Source: Bacteroidia bacterium
GTDB taxonomy: Bacteria; Bacteroidota; Bacteroidia; NS11-12g; UBA9320
DNA: 64,000 bases
Reading direction: 5' to 3'
NCBI GenBank assembly: GCA_965216465.1
Contig: CBDCFW010000005.1
Coordinates: forward strand, 32,001-96,000
Shown: piece after piece, positions 59,401 through 64,000 of the stretch
How positions within the stretch are numbered: the stretch's first letter is position 1
Layout of the letters: every line of letters begins with the position of its first letter
Program-made: the position numbers and the translations under genes
The notes under the pieces: model-generated
Told to the model about the DNA's origin: nothing
The model's input: only the letters and a program-made list of their open reading frames with translations
Databases searched by the model: none

Positions 59401-60047
59401 TCATAACTCAGAAATCAGGTGCTTGTGACACCAATAGAATTATAACAATTAATAGTCCACAAGCTCATGGTATTCCAACATCAATCATGGATTACTTTGG
59501 AGGTGACTACACGGTTTATGAGTTGCTAGAACTGGTAAACAATGCACTATCTGGTAAATATACTCCTACAGCTGCTGGAGATCCTAGCTTATCAGAAATC
59601 AACAAAGCGGCTTCTACAATTAATGAAGCGTTCAATGAGTGTAGAGTACTTGTTGACTTCAAAGATGCCGCAAGTTCATCTTATGTATCTACTGAGAAGC
59701 CTACAATGAATATCAAGCCAGATACTAAGTGTGAAGATTGTGAGGAAACCACTACCGAGTATGTACAAGACGAGATAGTGATTAACTCTCCTGATATGCA
59801 AGTAAGTGCACTACCTAATCCATTTAGATCAGGACTACAGCTTACAGTTAAAGTTATGGAATCAAGTAACGGAACTGTATCAGTAGTTGACCAATTCGGT
59901 AAGGTTGTTTACTTGACTAATCAAAACTTGAAGAAAGGAACTAATACAATTGACATAGATGCGAATGGAATGAGAGCTGGTATCTACTTAATCAGAGTAG
60001 AGAATGCGACGAATTCAATTCAACTCAAAATGTTGAAAGTAAACTAG
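50412..60047 (+). CDS. Giant T9SS type A cargo (about 3,200 aa), putative repetitive surface adhesin or fibre
   Basis: Sec signal MTTLNRLFLACLVVG..; 47 x 49-aa Cys-containing repeats; PKD/Ig-like module; CTD PNPF..GIYLIRV..KMLKVN. Confidence 0.9.
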   Translation: MTTLNRLFLACLVVGMFLFLPTATHGQTSQQTPTLKSINLPFNLDGYVERQSSLYGDWTNANFSNGLDSGSVFEDDGTAKIIPLTFHVHDSFNTPMSGTDDVFDGGNKTNADPTTWGWKLGNVPNKDEMNNANLHFSEAVSNDDIWVVMAGDRFTTNGTSYIDFEFYQNRLTAHPPVGSTNGYFSTAGPDCGRTVGDLLITVEYTNGGRVDSIYFYRWASSTSASCGYDWESFVIPAQNAFGYANDSIIDVPYTAFGNTTYTAIQFVEAAINISELVKGSLSVDSCTGLYFETVFVKTKASNSYTADLKDMIAPFQLELNIGVALIEYDSFVCAGTGTYSPTNSGPSSTDGGTYYLHPTGSGVTINSTTGAITVGNNASGTYRIIYEYEPRPNCTKFDTAYVEVGATYDITTSPVTACDSAQVAGTWYYSSQVVVQNLTTVQGCDSTVSTNLTILQSTTGTHSATACDSYTWDGTTYTTSGSYSKTYTNAAGCDSVHTLVLTINYSNTGTNSVTACDSYTWDGSTYTTSGSYSKTYTNVAGCDSVHTLVLTINYSNTGTNSVTACDSYTWDGSTYTTSGSYSKTYTNVAGCDSVHTLVLTINYSNTGTNSVTACDSYTWDGSTYTTSGSYSKTYTNVAGCDSVHTLVLTINYSNTGTNSVTACDSYTWDGSTYTTSGSYSKTYTNVAGCDSVHTLVLTINYSNTGTNSVTACDSYTWDGSTYTTSGSYSKTYTNVAGCDSVHTLVLTINYSNTGTNSVTACDSYTWDGSTYTTSGSYSKTYTNVAGCDSVHTLVLTINYSNTGTNSVTACDSYTWDGSTYTTSGSYSKTYTNVAGCDSVHTLVLTINYSNTGTNSVTACDSYTWDGSTYTTSGSYSKTYTNVAGCDSVHTLVLTINYSNTGTNSVTACDSYTWDGSTYTTSGSYSKTYTNVAGCDSVHTLVLTINYSNTGTNSVTACDSYTWDGSTYTTSGSYSKTYTNVAGCDSVHTLVLTINYSNTGTNSVTACDSYTWDGSTYTTSGSYSKTYTNVAGCDSVHTLVLTINYSNTGTNSVTACDSYTWDGSTYTTSGSYSKTYTNVAGCDSVHTLVLTINYSNTGTHSATACDSYTWDGTTYTTSGSYSKTYTNAAGCDSVHTLVLTINYSNTGTNSVTACDSYTWDGSTYTTSGSYSKTYTNVAGCDSVHTLVLTINYSNTGTNSVTACDSYTWDGSTYTTSGSYSKTYTNVAGCDSVHTLVLTINYSNTGTNSVTACDSYTWDGSTYTTSGSYSKTYTNVAGCDSVHTLVLTINYSNTGTNSVTACDSYTWDGSTYTTSGSYSKTYTNVAGCDSVHTLVLTINYSNTGTNSVTACDSYTWDGSTYTTSGSYSKTYTNVAGCDSVHTLVLTINYSNTGTNSVTACDSYTWDGSTYTTSGSYSKTYTNVAGCDSVHTLVLTINYSNTGTNSVTACDSYTWDGSTYTTSGSYSKTYTNVAGCDSVHTLVLTINYSNTGTNSVTACDSYTWDGSTYTTSGSYSKTYTNVAGCDSVHTLVLTINYSNTGTNSVTACDSYTWDGSTYTTSGSYSKTYTNVAGCDSVHTLVLTINYSNTGTNSVTACDSYTWDGSTYTTSGSYSKTYTNVAGCDSVHTLVLTINYSNTGTNSVTACDSYTWDGSTYTTSGSYSKTYTNVAGCDSVHTLVLTINYSNTGTNSVTACDSYTWDGSTYTTSGSYSKTYTNVAGCDSVHTLVLTINYSNTGTNSVTACDSYTWDGSTYTTSGSYSKTYTNVAGCDSVHTLVLTINYSNTGTNSVTACDSYTWDGSTYTTSGSYSKTYTNVAGCDSVHTLVLTINYSNTGTNSVTACDSYTWDGSTYTTSGSYSKTYTNVAGCDSVHTLVLTINYSNTGTNSVTACDSYTWDGSTYTTSGSYSKTYTNVAGCDSVHTLVLTINYSNTGTNSVTACDSYTWDGSTYTTSGSYSKTYTNVAGCDSVHTLVLTINYSNTGTNSVTACDSYTWDGSTYTTSGSYSKTYTNVAGCDSVHTLVLTINYSNTGTNSVTACDSYTWDGSTYTTSGSYSKTYTNVAGCDSVHTLVLTINYSNTGTNSVTACDSYTWDGSTYTTSGSYSKTYTNVAGCDSVHTLVLTINYSNTGTNSVTACDSYTWDGSTYTTSGSYSKTYTNVAGCDSVHTLVLTINYSNTGTNSVTACDSYTWDGSTYTTSGSYSKTYTNVAGCDSVHTLVLTINYSNTGTNSVTACDSYTWDGSTYTTSGSYSKTYTNVAGCDSVHTLVLTINYSNTGTNSVTACDSYTWDGSTYTTSGSYSKTYTNVAGCDSVHTLVLTINYSNTGTNSVTACDSYTWDGSTYTTSGSYSKTYTNVAGCDSVHTLVLTINYSNTGTNSVTACDSYTWDGSTYTTSGSYSKTYTNVAGCDSVHTLVLTINYSNTGTNSVTACDSYTWDGSTYTTSGSYSKTYTNVAGCDSVHTLVLTINYSNTGTNSVTACDSYTWDGSTYTTSGSYSKTYTNVAGCDSVHTLVLTINYSNTGTNSVTACDSYTWDGSTYTTSGSYSKTYTNVAGCDSVHTLVLTINYSNTGTNSVTACDSYTWDGSTYTTSGSYSKTYTNVAGCDSVHTLVLTINYSNTGTNSVTACDSYTWDGSTYTTSGSYSKTYTNVAGCDSVHTLVLTINYSNTGTNSVTACDSYTWDGSTYTTSGSYSKTYTNAAGCDSVHTLVLTINYSNTGTHSETACDSFTWDGTTYYTSGSYTNTYTNAAGCDSVHTLVLTINISPTVTMDSLDWACTSYDPYALTGGLPAGGVYSGTGVNSNTGIFDPEAAGEGTHTITYTYTDANGCTGYDTTTIEVYVCGPTYCTQTQGFYGQTTGRATSCDSAKRLQATALIAMLIPQNDPLIIGDTAESCSDNWRSFTIYHGDSLNVSAVLPAGGPQTVLDAVSGGCSSNSGSNNYWGTKYNSEFTNNKLGEISPKIKQKKRTMRIQNTLVGQAIALSLNVRFDDNLGDLVIEGDSLITQKSGACDTNRIITINSPQAHGIPTSIMDYFGGDYTVYELLELVNNALSGKYTPTAAGDPSLSEINKAASTINEAFNECRVLVDFKDAASSSYVSTEKPTMNIKPDTKCEDCEETTTEYVQDEIVINSPDMQVSALPNPFRSGLQLTVKVMESSNGTVSVVDQFGKVVYLTNQNLKKGTNTIDIDANGMRAGIYLIRVENATNSIQLKMLKVN
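51786..58694 (+). repeat. Coding tandem array of 47 x 147-bp units (plus one degenerate unit at 51639-51785)
   Basis: Unit TGTNSVTACDSYTWDGSTYTTSGSYSKTYTNVAGCDSVHTLVLTINYSN; unit starts at 51786, 51933, ..., 58548 in exact 147-bp register. Confidence 0.97.
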
Positions 60048-60066
60048 TCTAAGATACCCCTTCGAT

Positions 60067-60102
60067 AAAAAGAGGATTGAGCTTTGCTCAATCCTCTTTT
60101 TT
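60067..60102. terminator. Intrinsic (bidirectional-type) terminator
   Basis: AAAAAGAGGATTGAGC-ttt-GCTCAATCCTCTTTTTT. Confidence 0.92.
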
Positions 60103-60536
60103 ATTGCAGTTGATTTGACATCATTCAACAGGAATATAAACTGTACTCAACAGAAATATACATTGAAGACCAAATCTATTGTTTCACAAAACGCTATACC
60201 GCATAGAACTAGTTGGTTAAACCAACTTAGGTTAATCTCGAGTGATGCATAGTGTTAAGTAATAAATGACTAAGCCATTTATCGAGAAGTTTGTTCTGCC
60301 GTTGTTAATGACAAGTAAATCCTGGATGGAGAATAATTGCGTTTCAAGATCTTGATATCAAGGCACTAACTTTCCAGCCCTCACAAAAGGCTCTTATCTC
60401 CCCGAATTACCGAACTCAATGTGTGCCAAGATGTGCTTCTAGAACCCCGACTAGATATAAATCACACAATACAAGTTTACCCCAGACTTGAGATTTGGGT
60501 TAAATAAATAATATAAAAAGCTAAATAAGAAAGAGG

Positions 60537-61247
60537 TTATCGTTTAGAAAAACGAATTGAAACACCTTCTTCAAGTTTCATGATGTATACTCCAGGCTTA
60601 AGTGCCGTAATATCGATTCGCTGATTTGGAGCGGCAACTCCTTCTTGAACCAATTCGCCGAGAATATTATATATCTCAAAATTTTCCAATTGTTTAATGC
60701 CTGAAATTTGAACGTAGTCATTAGCTGGAATTGGAAATAATTTAATTGCGTCAATTGGGTTCACTTTCTGCACGTTTGCTCCAGCAAGAGTAGATCTTTC
60801 GTAAGAGAATCCTCCCCCACTTCCTCCACCAGAACCATCACCTTGAGACCAAGATGTAAATTTGATATCGATATAAATATCGTCGGTAATTAAATGCAGA
60901 ACCATGTTTTCACCGATGGTTGTTAGTGGCTCACTGAAATGTGTATCCTCCCAATTATCAAAAGTTAAGTTGGCAAGGTCTGCAGTAGTACCCATTGCCC
61001 ATTCTGTATCTTCAGGACTATAAAAGTCTTCATATAACGACTCGCTTGCGGCATTGTAAATTCCACCTCTATTCGCTCTTGTAATCCAAACATTAGATGT
61101 TATTCTATCCTGATTCGCTTCCAAGGAAGGGTCAGTTTGAGTCTGTTTTGTAAACGTAATAGGTGCTCCATTCCATACGGTCTGTGCAGATACTGAAGCC
61201 GATGCTCCTACAATAGCTATAACTAACAAGTTTTTTAAGTTATTCAT
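60537..61247 (-). CDS. Small T9SS type A cargo of unknown function
   Basis: Sec signal; QDRITSNVWITR..SPEDTEWA..YIDIKFTSW domain; CTD FPIPAND..GVYIMKL..RFSKR. Confidence 0.8.
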   Translation of the reverse strand: MNNLKNLLVIAIVGASASVSAQTVWNGAPITFTKQTQTDPSLEANQDRITSNVWITRANRGGIYNAASESLYEDFYSPEDTEWAMGTTADLANLTFDNWEDTHFSEPLTTIGENMVLHLITDDIYIDIKFTSWSQGDGSGGGSGGGFSYERSTLAGANVQKVNPIDAIKLFPIPANDYVQISGIKQLENFEIYNILGELVQEGVAAPNQRIDITALKPGVYIMKLEEGVSIRFSKR

Positions 61248-61334
61248 ATGAAGATTATTTAATGAACCGAATATACGGATTAATCAACTTGAAAAACAAC
61301 TATGTCCAGAATTTATAGCAAACTGAAGGCATTA

Positions 61335-61484
61335 TCAGTCTTCTGATTTTGGCTTGTCTTCTTCCTTCTTATTTCCAAAAACAGGTTTAAAAATGAAATA
61401 GACCCCAATGAAAACAATCAGAGGTACTAGGATCTCCGAAGCAATCATCAATATTCTAAAGGTCTGGGTAGGTTCTTGTTCCAT
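61335..61484 (-). CDS. Small single-TM membrane protein, 49 aa (absent from ORF track)
   Basis: MEQEPTQTFRILMIASEILVPLIVFIGVYFIFKPVFGNKKEEDKPKSED; ATG overlaps the symporter stop (TAATG). Confidence 0.65.
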   Translation of the reverse strand: MEQEPTQTFRILMIASEILVPLIVFIGVYFIFKPVFGNKKEEDKPKSED

Positions 61485-63067
61485 TATTTTGAGCGAATTG
61501 CTTTTATGTATCTAACTAACTCTTCTCTTACCTTAGGGAATAGGAAGAATAAACCAATCAAGTTGGGTACTGCCATGGCAAATATCATAGCATCTGAGAA
61601 GTCTGTTACGGCTCCCAAACTTGCTGCAGAGCCCACAACAATAAACAAGCAGAATAATATCTTAAATGCATTATCAGCTGCTTTAGAACGACCAAACAAG
61701 TACATCCAACTTTGAAGTCCATAATAAGACCAAGATAACATCGTAGAAAATGCGAAGAGAACGACAGCTATGGTCAATACATACGGAAACCATGGAATAA
61801 CCGAGGCAAATGCTTTAGACGTCGCTAGAACACCATCAGGAGATTTAACTCCATAAGTCATAATGCTGCCATCGCCATTTGTAATAATGATTACTAATGC
61901 GGTCATTGTACAAACGACTACTGTATCAATAAATGGCTCTAACAAGGCCACAAGACCTTCCGAAGCTGGATACTTTGTTTTAACCGCAGAATGGGCAATC
62001 GCCGCTGATCCAACACCAGCTTCATTACTAAATGCTGCACGTTGAAATCCGATTATTAAAACTCCAAGTAACCCTCCTGTAATTCCCATTGGGTTAAAAG
62101 CACCATCAATGATTTGACCAAAGGCGGATGGAATATTACCTGCGTGTACAAACAATATTACAATTGCGGCTAAGAAATATATTCCAACCATGAACGGAAC
62201 AATCTTTTCTGTGATGCTTCCAATTCTTTTTATTCCTCCGATAATAACTAAGCCAACAATTGCGGCCATTACAATTCCAAAAACAACTCCGGCAGAAGCT
62301 GAATCAAATCCAAGCATACTATTAAACTGTTGTGCAGCTTGATTCGCTTGGAACATATTACCGCCACCAAAAGAACCTCCAATACACATCACAGCAAAGA
62401 TTCCTGCTAGCACTCTTCCAAATCCACCTTTGCCAATCTCAGCAAATCCTTTTTTAAGGTAATACATCGGACCGCCATACACTGTTCCATCAGCACCTAC
62501 ATCACGGTATTTAACACCTAAGGTACATTCAACAAATTTTGATGACATCCCTAAAAGTCCAGCTAAAATCATCCAAAATGTAGCTCCTGGACCTCCTAAA
62601 GAAATTGCAATTGCAACTCCAGCGATATTTCCTAATCCAACAGTTCCCGAAAGAGCTGCCGTTAACGCTTGAAAGTGCGAAACCTCTCCATCATGCCCTT
62701 CTATTCTAATGGTTTCAATAGCATCTCCACCTGGAGTAGGGTCACCAGCCATGGTATCTGTAGTTACATGATCTACATCATCATATTTCCCTCGTACAAT
62801 TCGAATTGATGTAGGAAACAATCGAATGTTTACAAATTTGAATAGTAAGGTAAATGCCAATCCTGCTGTTAACAAGAAGATTATAACGACCGGCATCGAT
62901 ACGTCATCAGTCAAATTAACAGCTGTAAAAACCAATCCAGACCAAGCTTTCGAAATGGGTGTAAACCACTCATTTACACGCTCATCGAGGCCTTTTTCTG
63001 CCTGCTCCTGAGCGAAGGTCAGTAACGACATAAATGCTAAAATACTAAGTCCGTAGATTCGTTTCAT
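61484..63067 (-). CDS. Alanine/glycine:cation symporter (AGCS/AlsT family)
   Basis: TVGLGNIAGVA, GGPGATFWM, GGPMYYL, FSNEAGVGS, EPFIDT. Confidence 0.95.
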   Translation of the reverse strand: MKRIYGLSILAFMSLLTFAQEQAEKGLDERVNEWFTPISKAWSGLVFTAVNLTDDVSMPVVIIFLLTAGLAFTLLFKFVNIRLFPTSIRIVRGKYDDVDHVTTDTMAGDPTPGGDAIETIRIEGHDGEVSHFQALTAALSGTVGLGNIAGVAIAISLGGPGATFWMILAGLLGMSSKFVECTLGVKYRDVGADGTVYGGPMYYLKKGFAEIGKGGFGRVLAGIFAVMCIGGSFGGGNMFQANQAAQQFNSMLGFDSASAGVVFGIVMAAIVGLVIIGGIKRIGSITEKIVPFMVGIYFLAAIVILFVHAGNIPSAFGQIIDGAFNPMGITGGLLGVLIIGFQRAAFSNEAGVGSAAIAHSAVKTKYPASEGLVALLEPFIDTVVVCTMTALVIIITNGDGSIMTYGVKSPDGVLATSKAFASVIPWFPYVLTIAVVLFAFSTMLSWSYYGLQSWMYLFGRSKAADNAFKILFCLFIVVGSAASLGAVTDFSDAMIFAMAVPNLIGLFFLFPKVREELVRYIKAIRSK

Positions 63068-63121
63068 ATGCTATTTTTTATTGCAACGCAATATGAACAA
63101 ATAGATAGGAATATGCAAATT

Positions 63122-63799
63122 TTATCTTAGACGCTTGGCCGAGTGATACTCATGAGAAAGCTTGCCTGTTTGGCTGTTCACAATACCTTTAGGAGTCAAT
63201 TCATCTATACGAACATAGCCATGAGCATGAATTATTTTACCTGAGTCAATGACCATTCCCACATGACCAATTTTGCTATTCTTCTCAAAGAATACCAGGT
63301 CTCCAACAAAAAGGTCTTTGAATGCTACAGGTTTCCCAATTTTTTGTTGTTGAGATGCGTCACGAGGCAATTTTATGTTCAAGCACTTGTATACCACCTG
63401 CACAAACCCAGAGCAATCAATACCACTGAAATGCCTTCCTCCCCACAAATAAGGAACTCCTAAGTAAGATTTTGCCAGCACCGAAACATCATTTGTAGAG
63501 TCAGCCTCTGGAACAAGAGAACCCAAAGATGATGTAACCTGGTGGTTTTCAATAAAAGAGTTTTCAAGGGTTAAGGTCAATTTGGTTTGAGGCACTCCTT
63601 CTATAGGTTCATGTGCATAAAACGACGAGTCGCTCAACCAACCTTCGTATTCGTCGTAATCTGCTTTGATGTAATACCACTCCCCTTCCTCTCGAAGTAC
63701 GGTATACGATTCGCCATAAAGCAATTGTGTGACCATCTCTGAACCACTTTTAGCTTCGGCTCTCACCGGAATTTGAGATAAATGACAAATTCCTTTCAT
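63122..63799 (-). CDS. NlpC/P60 (C40) peptidase with N-terminal SH3-like domain
   Basis: SEMVTQLLYGE, PYLWGG, DCSG, LPRDASQQ, GHVG, IHA. Confidence 0.92.
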   Translation of the reverse strand: MKGICHLSQIPVRAEAKSGSEMVTQLLYGESYTVLREEGEWYYIKADYDEYEGWLSDSSFYAHEPIEGVPQTKLTLTLENSFIENHQVTSSLGSLVPEADSTNDVSVLAKSYLGVPYLWGGRHFSGIDCSGFVQVVYKCLNIKLPRDASQQQKIGKPVAFKDLFVGDLVFFEKNSKIGHVGMVIDSGKIIHAHGYVRIDELTPKGIVNSQTGKLSHEYHSAKRLR

Positions 63800-63805
63800 A
63801 AATTT

Positions 63806-64000
63806 TTAAAGATGTAAACGTTCTTTTCGCTGAAGTAAATATTCTTCAGTTTCTACATGATCAGGATCAGGAACGCAGCAATCAACCGGACAAACAGCCG
63901 CACATTGAGGTTCTTCATGAAACCCTTTGCATTCTGTACACTTATCGGGAACGATGTAATAAACCTCATCTGAAACAGGTTGATGAACCGCATCCGAAGT
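63806..64000 (-). CDS. 4Fe-4S dicluster ferredoxin (YfhL-like), 5' truncated by window
   Basis: Minus strand reads ...YYIVPDKCTECKGFHEEPQCAAVCPVDCCVPDPDH...; stop at 63806. Confidence 0.9.
   Translation of the reverse strand, partial: TSDAVHQPVSDEVYYIVPDKCTECKGFHEEPQCAAVCPVDCCVPDPDHVETEEYLLQRKERLHL

Noticed and set aside
60103-60536. About 430-bp intergenic gap as an ncRNA, IS remnant or pseudogene
   Set aside because: Only a short hairpin (AGTTGGTT-A-AACCAACT near 60211); no recognisable ORF, terminal repeats or RNA motif
338-63463. Many 60-150-aa ORFs antisense to or nested in real genes (e.g. 39393..39836, 48821..49240, 14356..14664)
   Set aside because: Shadow ORFs with no recognisable motifs, lying over well-supported genes

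Overview
AT-rich Bacteroidota chromosomal window, judged from the TAnnTTTG -7 promoter elements, T9SS type A C-terminal domains, lipoprotein signals and the ileS-dksA-lspA gene order. It holds about 51 CDSs, mostly housekeeping (efp, speB, trxB, lysA, tamL-like, DEAD helicase, mltG, dapB, lepB, fmt, ileS, lspA). I see no rRNA, tRNA, CRISPR array or mobile element. Highlights: (1) a cobalamin-riboswitch operon (BtuB-like TonB receptor, tandem DUF4465/BtuJ-like protein, BtuH-like protein, BtuG-like lipoprotein) in which two putative B12-binding proteins are T9SS cargo instead of lipoproteins. (2) A parallel heme-uptake-like operon with a T9SS-secreted HmuY-like protein, a TonB receptor and an HmuY lipoprotein, divergent from an AraC regulator with a Cys-Pro motif and 21-bp-spaced direct repeats. 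(3) A ~3,200-aa T9SS cargo with 47 tandem 147-bp (49-aa) repeats whose synonymous variants record higher-order duplications. (4) An adenylate cyclase-Crp/Fnr-SRPBCC module with a perfect FNR box over the regulator's stop codon. (5) A frameshifted cysteine desulfurase, a GIHH-motif IleRS and an unannotated 49-aa membrane protein. All family calls come from motif recognition by eye; no database search was run.
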